Part shown: in pieces, positions 12,081 through 24,997 of the stretch | How positions within the stretch are numbered: the stretch's first letter is position 1 | Layout of the letters: each line of letters begins with the position of its first letter | Source: Octopus vulgaris | Taxonomy: Eukaryota | Direction of reading: 5' to 3' | NCBI GenBank assembly: GCA_951406725.2 | Contig: OX597838.1 | Coordinates: forward strand, 19,220,001-19,284,000 | DNA: 64,000 nt | Made by a program: the position numbers and the translations under genes | Notes under the pieces: model-generated | Seen by the model: the letters and a program-made list of their open reading frames with translations, nothing else | Told to the model about the DNA's origin: nothing | The model's database searches: none

Positions 12081-13691
12081 TGGTTATTATAATTCCTTGA
12101 TTTATGAATCGACTGGATGGTCACTACAGGGACGCCTATCATCATAGGTCTTTTCGATCAAAGTTAACCCGTGCTTAAACTATAATTCTTTCTATTATAG
12201 ACACAAAGCCATGACATTTTGAAGGAGTGGGGGTTACTCGATTACATCGACCCCAGTGCTCGACTGGTACTTAGTTTATTGACTCTTAAAGGATGATGGC
12301 AACGGAATTTGAACTCTGAACGTAAAGACGGAATAAATGCCGCTGAGAATTTTGTCCGGCGTGCTAATGATACTGCCAGCCCGTCGCCTTTCGGGTTAAA
12401 CAATAACAGCTCTCTTTCACAGACATAAACGAATAAACTAGCGAAGAACCTCCTATGTGATCGTTCGGCTTGCTTAAAAAAGTAACCAAATTCCCTCAAA
12501 TTACATCATGCCGGGATTAGATGGTACCCAGTGCACACAAACATACACACACACAATTTCAGTGCATAGCTGAACACTCACATATCCTCACACAATTTAG
12601 TACAGATCTGTGCTCCAGTACGCACATCACGAGGGAGCTTCTACGTAATCACTGGCTTTTCTAGAACTTGCAACCAAATCTCCAAAGAGAGGATCGAATC
12701 ATCGGGTCTTCTTGAAGACCAAGAAGAACTGGAACTGTATTTTAAACTCGTGAAATGAATTTGTAGGGCCAGCACATAAAAGAGGAGGGTGCAAAAGCCT
12801 TGAAAATCTGTTTCGGAGTTCCCAGATGTTTGAAAGGTACCGACTAGATTTCCTTGATGTGTCAACAACTACAGTGGGACTACAGAGTTTGTCAGGTCAC
12901 TGAATAAGGTCGGTTCATATTTCAAACTCACTGGTTACAGGGACAATACATTTGTGATCTGCGCGGTGACATCTTCAGGGAGCGGATTAGTGACTTAGTT
13001 GATGGGAGCAATCGTCAACAATCGGTGAGGAGGGTAATTAGATCAGAATCGATTGCCTTTAACAAAGAGCGAGCGATAGTGTGAACTAAATATGAGAGGG
13101 TGACTATTTAGCAATCTAGAAGAGGTGATAAGTAAAGTCATTGTGACCACCGTACTAGCGGTCATTCTGCGTTGTCAGAGCTAAGGCCCATGTGCTAAAT
13201 GCAGGAGATCAAAAACCGAGAGGCGGAGTCGTGACGAGGAAACAAATACACAATCAAGTCTTTGACGGAACTGGCATCAGCTACTCTGTTCTGAGCATCT
13301 TTGTGTAGCTTTGCAGCAATGCTGCTCTTTATTGTTTGGGATAGGCAATGGGTTAGATACGCAGCGGACTTTATTTGCTATCGTGCGGCTCTTAGCAGAT
13401 GTGAGGTGCTACGGAATACCGATAACGGTAGCTGAAATACGGGACACGATAAGCACAAGGCGCGAATCGCCTGCTTTGAGTGATCTGCTCTTTGACTTTA
13501 ATGAAGTCATTATAGACTTTTTTGGATGCCTCTTGGCAAATGTGCACCGCAACTGGGAGCAGAAGAGGAGAATTCCTAGCACTGTGGACTGGCGAGTGGT
13601 ACGATGCTGAAAATGACGACGATAACGGGGATGTCGCAAACACAATGTTTAATCTATCTGATTGTCTGCTCGTCCGTCCGCCCATCCGTTC

Positions 13692-13815
<124 letters not shown>

Positions 13816-14090
13816 ATATATCTTCTGGAAAAACTGGCTAATGGTGGCGGCGGTGGTGGTGGTGGTGGGAAGAACGAGAGGAGCATTGGCTGAATCAGAT
13901 AAAAAAAATCTATAAGGTACACCATTTGTCACGACGGCGCTCTCTACGACTCAGTGAATGAATTGAGGATCTAAGACGGTAGGGCTCCCCGAGGGTGTTG
14001 AGAGTTCATACAAGGGTATTAGGGAGGCGTTAAATGTTTACAGGGATCGTGATCTTTCTTAGAAACAAAATATTTATAACAGGTACAATA

Positions 14091-14257
14091 TTAGGAATGA
14101 GAACTCAGGTTCGAAATTTCCCTTAGACACCTGATGAAGGCTGGAGGGTTTATCAATCGAAATGTTGTGTTAGTAACAAACAAGATGAGGACAAATATCC
14201 GTCGAATGTAAATAATGTAAATAATGTACATAATTCCTCATCTCTTAAATATAGAAC
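14091..14257 (+). mobile_element. 5'-truncated copy of a hammerhead-motif SINE
   Basis: Matches 58524-58670; flanked by direct repeat AACAGGTACAATATTA (14078-14093/14255-14270); CTGATGA..GAAA core at 14131-14162. Confidence 0.7.
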
Positions 14258-15921
14258 AGGTACAATATTATATTTAAACGTATTTTCAAATAAATAAATA
14301 AGATAATAATAATCCTTGTAGAATTTCGAATATAACTGGGACATTGATACAGGAGAATGTATCACAACTGCTGACATTCCAGGTGAGCGATTTATCCCAC
14401 TTCTCGTTCGAACGGGAAAAACGGGTTATCCTGTCCGAATGCCTCCTGATGCGGCGGTCGAGACCACAGGTTCAAGTTGTGTTGGAAAATCAGCAACCTC
14501 GAGGTTACGAAGTCTGAGTCATTCACGGACAGATTTTTCCCCACATACATCTGCCGTTGTTGAAAACCCTGACGTCTTCAGTTTCTGGAATATATGCACT
14601 TCTTCAAATCGTGATGAAGGTGTTTGTGCATCGGTGATTCTCTGAAGTTTGGCTTCCAGATCTGTGAGACTTTTAAATGCTGCTGCGGATCCGTTGTGAA
14701 TTCTTCCGGCTTCCACTCACTGCCATGTCGTTGTAGTCCTGGCTGTCTTCCATGCCATGCTGCTCTCAATAAAGTATAACCTAGACACTGCAGGCTTCCC
14801 TTCCCAGATTGAGCCAGTGGGGGATAGACCGAGGGGACTGTAAAAGACCTGACAGCATGACAATTTTCTTGTTCCGCAGTGATAAGCCCCTCACCTGAAA
14901 TTCCACACGCTGTGACACCTTTTCCAACGGCAACCTGGTGTGTTCAGCTGCTGGCCCAGGTCGAGATTGGCAAACTGTCAAAGTATCGACTGCTCTCTAA
15001 TAGATTTGTGGTCGAGCCCGTGACAGTGAAGACCTCCGACGTTCTCGGCCCCCAGGACCACATCCCTGCTTACTGCTATCGGGTCGGAGGTGGCTGTTCC
15101 AGTGCATCTACCTCGTTATCTTCAGGAGCAACGCCTTTTCCATTTTGTCCACTGGGACCGAGAGGCAGATTGACAAGCCTTTTTAGATATTACTTCTTGT
15201 TTTATATAACCAATCATAATTTAATGAAGTGCATAATATGTAATTTAATTATTACATATATAAATAATACAGGTATCCAACCAGAGGGTAAAAAAAAACA
15301 GACGAAAACCAGTAAAACAGTAACTGAGTCAATGGATATCGCTGGCTGCTCGGGGCAACGCTGTTGTCATATTCTCCGCGGAACATAAATGAAACAAGGT
15401 ATTCAACAGAAAATGCTGAAATTTGTTTCCACTCCTTTTCCTCGCCTTACCAAGAATAGATTGGATCGACATATATTGAAGAAAGCTAATTCTACAACAT
15501 GTTTATATATATAAGATATGAATCCCCGTCAAGAAAGTTTTACGCGAGGAATTCATGACTTAATACTTATACGTAAATAAGATTTGAAGATTTTAATCCC
15601 ATCTCTCAGCATACCGATAACATTATTTGTTTATTAATTCCACATTACTTTCTTTTTTTAAAAATTATCTTCCTATCGGTCTTCCTTTCTTTCCATAGTT
15701 TTTTTCTTTGTGCATATGATGGAGCGATTGATCGACTTGTCTATTCATTTATCGATTTAAATACGTATTTGTTTTATTTTAATTGATTTACTAATACTTT
15801 TACCAGTCAAGCGTTCCTTCCTCCCTACCTCCGTCATTTTCTTCTTTAATTTCTTCATTTCTTTGTTTATCGTTTGTTCTTCTGGCAGTTTTGTACTTCT
15901 GTAAGGTTGAAAAGCATTCAA

Positions 15922-16593
15922 ATGTCGTTGTCATCATCGCCGTTGCCTCTAGCAAGTCGGGCAGGACGCCAATCCAACGTCTTTTCTCGGACCAGACGTT
16001 GTTTCAAGAGGTTGTTTGGTAGTTGTACTAGCAGAAGAAATTCTGTCGGCCCCGATCCTGATGCCAACCCTGTTACAGAAAGAGTATTTAGTCATCGTGT
16101 TCCTCGTAATCTCTTCATAAACGCAGAACCAATAGCAGTTACTCTCAAAGATATCGAAGAAGAGAGGCTGACGGGGAAAGAAGAAGAAGAAGAAGAAGAA
16201 GAAGAAGAAGAAGAAGAAGAAGAAGAAGAAGAGGAGGAGGAAGTGGAGGGTAGCGAATGTGAAGAGAAAGCTGATGAGCAGGGAAAGGAAAAGGAAGAAG
16301 AAAAGGTCGAAGGAAAAGAAGTAGAGACGAGACATCGGAGTGAATTAAAAGAGGTGGGGATGATGAGAATGACAGAAAGAGAAGGCTTAGGAAAACTAGA
16401 ATTAGCAGGGCTGAAGGAACTGGAAGACGAGGTGATGCAGGAACTGGAAGAGTTGGACTGGCTAGTGAAACGGAAGAAACAGCTAAGGGAGAAATCGAAA
16501 TCTGAGAAGTTGGCGCAGATGATGGAGAATCCTGAGTTGGTGAAAGAGATAGAGTTCTTGGAAAGGTGGAAGATTTGGATGTTTCACCATTGA
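15922..16593 (+). CDS. Putative orphan single-exon Glu-rich/coiled-coil protein (223 aa from ATG 15922)
   Basis: Open frame extends well beyond the (GAA)n tract on both sides; basic N-terminus (SRTRRCFKRLFGSCTSRRNSVGP), poly-E, helical C-terminus; no recognised family. Confidence 0.5.
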   Translation: MSLSSSPLPLASRAGRQSNVFSRTRRCFKRLFGSCTSRRNSVGPDPDANPVTERVFSHRVPRNLFINAEPIAVTLKDIEEERLTGKEEEEEEEEEEEEEEEEEEEEEVEGSECEEKADEQGKEKEEEKVEGKEVETRHRSELKEVGMMRMTEREGLGKLELAGLKELEDEVMQELEELDWLVKRKKQLREKSKSEKLAQMMENPELVKEIEFLERWKIWMFHH

Positions 16594-16792
16594 AATACCC
16601 CCCACCAAAAAAAAAAAAAAGAAAAAGAAAAGCCTCCAAGAGACATTTACAATCAGTTTAAATTAGTAACGATAATATAAACTACTACGATTGGTATGAT
16701 TCAAAAATACATATTACTTCAGCGTATGGTTAGTGTATTTAATGTTTAAAATATTAGCGCGCGCATACGCACATACTCATTCACAAACTATA

Positions 16793-17022
16793 TATTTCTT
16801 TATTACCCACAAGGGGCTAAACACAGAGGGGACAAACAAGGACAGACAAAGGGATTTAAGTCGATTGCATCGACCCCAGTGCGTAACTGGTACTTAATTT
16901 ATCGACCCCGAAAGGATGAAAGGCAAAGTCGACCTCGGCAGAATTTGAACTTGGAACGTAACGACAGACGAAATACTGCTACGCATTTCGCCCGGCGTGC
17001 TAACGTTTCTGCCAGCTCGCCG
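16793..17022 (-). mobile_element. SINE family B copy
   Basis: Full length. Confidence 0.8.
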
Positions 17023-17448
17023 TCACAAACTATATGTACCTTTTAATCCTTTGAGATTAAGGAACTGCACCCAAACAGAGTTTAGGCCTGGGCTAAACTG
17101 TATAGAAGAAGACCATTATCTTGCCCACGCAGCAGGTCTCTACCAACCGTGTTCTCCAATAGAAGTGAAAAGGCCACCACAGATTGGCACCAGTCCTTTG
17201 TCAGAGATTTCTAAAACGAAGTTGAAAGACAGCTTTAGACTACTTTAGAGACTCCTCCTATTTATCGTTGATTTAAACGAACCCAATGTTTGACTGGTAT
17301 TGGTATTTTTTCCTATCTATTGACCCCCAGAAGGATGAATAGCGAAGTTGATCTTCGTAGTCATCTGACATTATACTTAACTGTTTGATTATCAATCTCT
17401 AAGATATTGTAGTTTATTTTAATTTAACATTTATCACGACTCTTTCTG

Positions 17449-17485
<37 letters not shown>

Positions 17486-17842
17486 AAATTGCGTGCATAT
17501 TTTAGCTCAGAGGCTCACAAACTTTTTTTTTCATTCCATTCACCTCCTTTCAACTTTTTCCTACTTTATTTTTGTTCAATAATTTGAGTTTACACTTCTA
17601 TCAATAAAGCAAGAAAGAAAACAAATGACGAAGAAGAAATTTACTATTTTTAAACAATATTATTTCAAGTTCAAATAACAATTACAATAAAAATAGCACA
17701 TTAACACTGTTCTTTCACTTGTTTTTGAACTAATTAAGAACGGAGCCAAACACTATTTTGATTTAATTCGTAACATGGTAATTAAGAAGTATACATACAA
17801 TACAGATGGTTAAATCCAAAGTGAGAGAAAGAAAAGAAAATA

Positions 17843-18320
17843 GGGATCTTTTCCTTTTGAACGGCACTTTGTAACATAATTTCTAGGTAACTAAAAAGTT
17901 TTAAACTTCGTATACTGGTAGAATGTGTTTATAAAACATCATTTTCTTTTGGTTTTATTGAGAAAATTCTATAGGTTGCAACATATTTCGTCTAAAATTT
18001 CTTGCATTTCGGCAATTTTAGCCAATCACTTACCTCCATTGACGTAAATAACATTCTGTGCATAATGAATATGTCCCTCCTTTAAGAAACAGATTGGGTT
18101 TATTTACATTTGTGAAGAAAAATGATACCCTTCCCCAACCCCTAACCCTAAATCTAAAATAGATTGAAATGCAATAGATCGATACTAGGGTTATAATTAT
18201 GGGTGACAATTTCATATGACACCGCTACGGAAAATGGGATTTTTTTCTAGCGGTGTCAAATGAAAATGTCACCCATAATTATGACCCTAGTATCGATCTA
18301 TTGCATTTCAATTTATTTTA
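17843..18320. mobile_element. MITE family with GGGATCTTTT termini and internal CCCTAA repeats, ending in a fold-back
   Basis: Shared with 47493-47895, 23895-24053 and 2040-2455. Confidence 0.7.
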
Positions 18321-18604
18321 AGGTCACACTTATGTAAACATATAAAGTGTGTCAGTATGTATGTGAACTCACCAATGTTTTTCTTTGGTTTTTTTTTTTT
18401 CAATATATTGAAGAGGAGGAGAAGATAGAGACTTGTAACCTAGAGGACAAGAAGTTTCTATGACACAACCTGCACCAAGTCACAGACCAGATTTGTGGAT
18501 GGAGCAAGGTTCAAATGGAAGTGACAGCGATAGGAAGGTAGAATGCAGACAGTGATAAAAGTTATGGGATGGGGTTGGAAAGAATAGCAAAAAGTGGGGA
18601 AGGA

Positions 18605-19262
18605 AGAATGGCTGTGTGGTAAGTAGCTTGCTTACCAACCACATGGTTCCGGGTTCAGTCCCACTGTGTGGCATCTTGGGTAAGTGTCGACCAATGCCTT
18701 GTGAGTGGATTTGGTAGACGGAAACTGAAAGAAGCCTGTCATATATATGTATATATATATATGTTTCTTTATTACCCACAAGGGGCTAAACATAGAGGGG
18801 ACAAACAAGGACAGACCTAGGGATTAAGTCGATTACATCGCCCCAGTGCGAAACTGGTACTTAATTTATCGACCCCGAAAGGATGAAAGGCAAAGTTGAC
18901 CTCAGCGGAATTTGAACTCAGAACGTAACGACAGACGAAACACTGCTATAGCCCCGGGCCGACCAATGCCTTGTGAGTGGATTTGGTAGACGGAAACTGA
19001 AAGAAGCCTGTCGTATATATGTATATATATATATGTATGTGTGTGTGTATATGTTTGTGTGTCTGTGTTTGTCCCCCTAGCATTGCTTGACAACCGATGC
19101 TGGTGTGTTTACGTCCCCGTCACTTAGGGGTTCGGCAAAAGAGACCGATAGAATAAGTACTGGGCTTACAAAAGAATAAGTCCCGGGGTCAATTTGCTCG
19201 ACTAAAGGTGGTGCTCCAGCATGGCCACAGTCAACTGACTGAAACAAGTAAAGAGTGAGAGT
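18605..19262 (+). mobile_element. Composite SINE A/B/A cluster
   Basis: A head, minus B copy (18763-18942), second A body and tail. Confidence 0.75.
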
Positions 19263-20034
19263 AATATCAAATAGTTATGAAGGAGAATAGGAGAAAATCA
19301 ATGATTTGTCTATGTTTTAAGATGCGAGGATCAGAAATGTGAAATGTTGGAAGACTGTAAAATGGCCTACAAATCAGGATGTTATTGGAGAGAATTGTAT
19401 ACACGATAACACCTCATTTGTTTTCACTGATACCAAGAAATAAGAGGCATGGAATTGTGATGAAAGGTTAAAAAATGGGGAATGTTTGACAGAGAGAGTG
19501 GTGGGGAAGAACTAATCTAAGTCAATCCAACATGGCCACAGTCAAATGACTGAAACAAGTAAAAGAGTAAAAGTATGTTTAAATAAACCCATTTCAAGAA
19601 AGTATTAAGTGGGTCGCAAGATAAAAGTCTGCAGGCCACATTCAGCCTGTGGGCCTCAGGTTGGCCAGCCCTGAACAAGACCATTAACCCTGACAATGCA
19701 CCCTAGAGTTAGCTTCTATATTCATCAAACAGTCCATTCTCTCCCTTTCAAGAGGAATATACTTTGATCATTGTAAACACAACAGTGTGTTCCATTCACC
19801 CTAACCTTTCTAAACTGTCATAGACAAACTTCTAATATCTCAAGGGTAATGGTAATAGCCTTCAGCTGACATTATCCATCATCTTGAATCTATTTCTCTC
19901 ATTAAGGGTCCTCAGTATGATTTCTCCAGTGAAAGCTGCCCATCTATGGGCTCTGTTTACCTCTCATATCTTGGGTCAATAGTTTCCTGTCAGATCATGC
20001 TGTTGTTGCAGTTGCTGATAGAACTCTCTCTATT

Positions 20035-20260
20035 AAAGACCTGGGCAACGACGATAAAGGAGGACCTTTCCGAAGTCTCAGGTTCGCAGGTGGTTGGTCT
20101 GCGCAGATGGAACCGCAAATGGCTCGCTATCTCCAGTGACCTCGCACAGGACCGTTGAGTGTGGGCCGCCATGGTTCGTGATGCCGTCAGGATCAGTGAA
20201 GAAGCTGGCTCAACTCACCCTGGGTGAACGCTGTCACAAGTACATTTACAAGTAAGTAAT
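20035..20260 (+). mobile_element. RTE-like LINE 3' end
   Basis: KTWATTIKEDL..GLRRWNRKWLAISSDLAQDR*VWAAMVRDAV with CAAGTA tail; in-frame stop. Confidence 0.65.
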
Positions 20261-20430
20261 CCAACAGCAGGGACCAGCTATCGAAATTTATAATTATACA
20301 ATCAAAAGTAGGCAAAGAAGCTAGATCATCAGTCTGATCATTGTTGGCAAGCAAGGGTCAACTATGGACATGCTTCAGTCTAACCCAGTGTTTCTCAACT
20401 GGGGGCCATATAAGATTTTTGGGGGTCCAC

Positions 20431-20800
20431 TCAATGAAACTCCACCTGTCTAACACCCATGGACATATTTACAAAGTCAGAAAACAGCACAGCTCCCATG
20501 ACTTTAGGAAACATTTTTTCACGCTGAGAGTTGCTGAAGCATGGAACAAACTGCCGGCATCGGTTGTTAGTTGTCGGAGCACTGCATCCTTCAAAACTTC
20601 CATGCTTTCTGAGATTCGCCAACACTACACCTGATTTTCTCCCCTCCATACACACACAAGCATGTATCTGACTCATACACTGTTCACTCCCCAGACATTT
20701 GTACATTACTGCATATACTTTATATGCACTTTCTGACAAGTTGTGGTGCACCTGAGCACTGTATACAATAATTTCATCACTATTATTATTGTTATTATTA
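20431..20800 (+). mobile_element. CR1-like LINE 3' end inserted in a hAT MITE (20387-21080)
   Basis: HGHIYKVRKQHSSHDFRKHFFTLRVAEAWNKLPASVVSCRSTASFK; (TTA)n tail. Confidence 0.8.
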
Positions 20801-21997
20801 TAGAAATAGTAAATTGGGGATCCACAGTAGTATTTCAAGGGCCCCTGAAAAATTTTGCTTTAGATATATGTGTTGGTATGTATTGCAAGAAACTTCTAGG
20901 TTTCTTTCTCTAACATTTTACATAGTTCAATCTATACAGGTTAGTGTGAAAAACAAAATAAGAATTTTGTAAGAAGTTTCTATAAAACTAGTTTTTAAAC
21001 AGTGAAAGACCACGAGGGTCCACCAGAATAAAATAGTAATCAAAGGGGTCCTTAATTAAAAAAAATGGTTGTGAACCCAAGGTCCAACCAAACATTCTGC
21101 ACACTTAAAAATAAAATGTACTAAGGGAGATAACTCAAATAAATCAATACTTTTTGAAAGGACAATTTGATCTTTGTCAGCAAGGAACAACTATGGACAT
21201 GTTTTATTAATATATGCCTTTTGCCTCCAATTGCAGCTCAAAAGACAAAAAAATAATTAAAAAAACACTGCCTGCAACACCTTGGAAAAGAAATCATTCA
21301 CTCCAAAGTTGGGTGGCATTTATCCAGCATTGCAACTCTTGTGGTGCCACCATCCAAACTACAAAGGATGCTTCAATGTATTGTATAACTTTCAAGTTCT
21401 TCCATTCCCCAAATTGCTGCTGATTCTTCTGGTTCCTTAGCCGAAAGGATTCCCACCAATTTTGTGGAATCCCTCTTCCTCCATTGCTCAAACATGATGG
21501 CTTTGTTAGCAGTATTCCTGCAGAAGAAAATCTACACTTTTGCTAATGCGCAACTGCATACATTTTGTAAATAATCTCCAAATCTATTCCCTTTCTTTTC
21601 ACTTGACTTACTATCATGTATCCATTCCATATATGGCCAAATATGTGGATGCATGTATTGTTGCTTTACACCAACAAGACCAGGCCTGGCCAACTCGAAT
21701 TACATTGCAGGCCACTTTAATCACAGAAAGGTTTTCAAGGGCCACTTGTATACTGACAGAATTGAAAGCGTTTTGCTTTCTCATGGTATTATTACAATAA
21801 TGAATGAACGATCATTGATTCAACATGAAATATTATCGTTGCAAAAACGGGAGTATCTTTATTTTTTTACTTTTTGTTACAATCTTCAATTTTTGATAAG
21901 TTTTTTTGGGCTGTGTGGTAAGTCGCTTGCTTACCAACCGCATGGTTCCGGGTGGATTTGGTAGCCGGAAACTGAAAGAAGCCTGTCGTATATATGT

Positions 21998-22392
21998 AAC
22001 AAGGAAATGATCTCATTCTCGCTCACATAGCCTCAGGCTGATCATCTCGTGGTGATCTCATTCTTGCTCACAACATCATAAGCAGAAAGTGTAATCTCTC
22101 GAAAGAGCTGTTCTTCACTCCTGCTCCAGAGCGTCGGCTGTGGGGTCACTCCGAAAAGCTCTATCTGCGACGATTTCATCTCAATCGAAGGAGAGGGGCT
22201 TTCTCCGTCCTGGTTGCAGATCTTTGGAATAAGCTGCCGGACGAGACAGTGAAGATGCCGACGACTGCTCGGTTCAAAGTCTCTCTTAACCAGAAATGGC
22301 CTGAACACTTTGTATGACCACCCTCCCTGTCCCCCTACATGGCCTTGCTTTTGCTTTTTGAGCCAATAAAAATTGAATTGAATTGAATTGAA
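21998..22392 (+). mobile_element. CR1-like LINE 3' end inserted in SINE A (21908-22617)
   Basis: GHSEKLYLRRFHLNRRRGAFSVLVADLWNKLPDETVKMPTTARFK; (AATTG)n tail. Confidence 0.75.
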
Positions 22393-22785
22393 TATGTATG
22401 TATATGTTTGTGTGTCTGTGTTTGTCCCCCAACATTGCTTGACAACCAATGCTGGTGTGCTTATGTCCCTGTCACTTAGCAGTTCGGAAAGAGAGGACCA
22501 ATAGAATAAGTTCTAGGCTTACAAAGAATAAGTCCTGAGGTCGATTTGCTCGACTAAAGGCGGTGCTCCACCATGGCCGCAGTCACATGACCGAAACAAA
22601 TAGAAGAATAAAAGAATATAAAAAAAATCACAACCACTGCCTGTCTTAATGAAGCATCATTACATTTCACACCACTTAAATATGAGCAACATGCAGCTAG
22701 AGCCCAAGCAATAGGTCTCAGTATCACTGAAAATTTCTCATGGTGAATATATTTCCTGAACCTAGGAGTATCAAAGACTGGTCTT

Positions 22786-23208
22786 GGCGATCTTTCGTCT
22801 CTAGTAGACCTTTCCGTCGATTTCCGTAAAAAAATTATTTTTTTTTACATATGGGCTTGCGGGAACTTTTGAAGTAATAATATACATACATATACACATA
22901 CACCGAGTAAAAAATTTCAGTTATCTCTTTCTTTCACACATTACTCTGTCTCTTCACACACACTAACAGAAGCACTTCACTTACACAACATACTGTCTGT
23001 CTCCCACACCCCATCAAACACACACACACACACATGTACATCAATGCTTCCCATGCACGGTAACTTCAAAAGAACTTCCCTCGTCATACAATCGCTTTCT
23101 CTTAGTCTCTTTCGCTCTCATTACTTCAAAAGTTCCCGCAAGCCCATATGTAAAAAAAAATTTTTTTACGGAAATCGACGGAATGGTCTACTAGAGACGA
23201 AAGATTGC
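22786..23208. mobile_element. MITE with ~90-bp TIRs (GGC..GCC, Merlin/MuDR-like)
   Basis: TIR GGCGATCTTTCGTCTCTAGTAGACC; likely TSD CTGGTCTT; near-identical copy at 48343-48774. Confidence 0.8.
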
Positions 23209-24239
23209 CCTGGTGGATTGCCCTGGTCTTTCTATTTGGAGCCAGAAAATATTTCAGGTTCCGATAACTATAGGCATTTTAAAATGCTCCGTTGAATACT
23301 GCTCCCACATAGTGTCTTCTACTATAACCTCGGGCCGACCGAAGCCTTGTAAGTGGATTTGGTAGGCGGAAACTGAAAGAAGCCCGTTGTATATATGTAT
23401 GTATTTTTGTCTGTGTTTGTCCCCACAACATCGCTTGATAACCGATGCTGGTGTGTTTACGTCCCCGTAACTTAGCGGTTCGGCAAGAGAGACCGGAAGG
23501 TGCAGCTGCACACATATTCTAGCCTGCATGCAGAGAAAGGCCACTCAACTAATTGGTACCGAATCACCCTTGGACAACCAACGACCCATCATCTCTCTTT
23601 GTCTTTTATTCAGCTACTCTACTTAATCCTTACTTCTCGGAACTGGAAGTCTCACGTCACTGACACGCCCTATTCCCTCGTCTTTCTTTCATTACTCATG
23701 CAGTGTCTTATCCCTTCCCAGGTTTCTCATTAAGTACTACCCTCTGTTTTTCCTTCTCAGAATGTTGGCTGAATGTTTCTCCCTGTTCATGTCTATTCTT
23801 TACTGCAGCCATTGCCTTGAAATAGTTTAAGCAAAACGTTGACAACACCAATCCCCGTTTTTTTTTGAGGATTGGCGAAAGCCATGAACACTGTTCTTTT
23901 CCTTTTGAACGACACTTCAACACAATTTCTAGTTAACTAAACACTTTTAAACTTCGTGTACTGGTAGAATGTGTTTATAAAACATCATTTTTTTCTCTTG
24001 GCTTTATTGAGAAAATTCTATATGAAGTGCCCCGTTCAAAAGGAAAAGATCCCTTTTCTCTACTGGTTGCAAGAACAAACCAACTAACAAACAAAAAAAA
24101 TCATTGTTTAGCGCCAAATTGAAAAATGAGCAAAACCAAGCTTAAAATGAGTCGCTTTTCCCTCACTACATTAAAAATGATGTTCCCCTTCCCACCCAAA
24201 CTCTACAGTAATTATCTTCTATGATAATGGGTATCTTAA

Positions 24240-24760
24240 TTTCCCTTCAGATATTTCGCGACGCACTTGCCTACTCTAATTTCTGTCATTCCATCACTAA
24301 ACCAAGCGGAGCGCCACCGTTTGTGCAGGGGGAGAGAACTCTTGCTTCCAACTGTCAACAAGAACATGGCGACTGCCAAATCGAGTCGATGTTGTAGATT
24401 GTCCATAACTGCCCAGATCGACTGCATTTTGCCAGCCAAATATCTTGCCGATGGCCGATGATCATTGAGTTCGTTTCCCGGTCGACGTCCTGGCATCGTT
24501 CTTCTTCACCGCTCGACAAGCAGTTCGCCATGGCTTAGAAGCAAAGGACGACGCTCGCCGTAGTCCTTGCTTCTTCTTTTTTTTCTTTTTTTTTTTTCTT
24601 AATGTAAATCCTTGAATGTTTCGCCACTTGTTTCTCACTTGTTAAGAGTGGAGAGTTGAGTGGAGAGTGGAGAGTGGATTGGAAGCTGAGGGAAGCTGTC
24701 AACTCTTCTAGTAGGCTATACAGACTCTCTTTCTCTCACTTACTCTGCCTTTCCTTTGTA
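24240..24760. promoter_or_regulatory. CpG-rich putative (bidirectional) promoter region
   Basis: Local CpG enrichment, TE-free, flanked by splice donors pointing outwards on both strands. Confidence 0.4.
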
Positions 24761-24761
24761 C

Positions 24762-24799
<38 letters not shown>

Positions 24800-24801
<2 letters not shown>

Positions 24802-24997
24802 CACCTGGAATGAACATTAGACATTTACTTAGAAATTTGGTTTTTAGAAATTATTCATCGTCGAGACGTTTACAAATTACTCAACTCCACCAAGCACCAC
24901 TACATATACATGCACTGTTTACTACACTCCATCACTATCATCTCCGTTATCAACAGTCAATGCTTGTTGAATCTTCAATCTCCACATGTTGAAAAAG
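24800..24997 (+). other. Candidate non-coding 5'UTR exon of FRY (start approximate)
   Basis: Strong donor AAG|GTAAGT at 24997/24998 downstream of a CpG-rich patch; matching strong acceptor (long pyrimidine tract + CAG) at 33059/33060 upstream of the FRY ATG. Confidence 0.45.

Noticed and set aside
15949-16639. Minus-strand poly-F/poly-L ORFs
   Set aside because: Antisense reading of the (GAA)n tract
24355-24357. TGA after CSC in the 58-aa smORF as possible selenocysteine
   Set aside because: No selenoprotein homology or SECIS identifiable; another stop follows about 22 codons later
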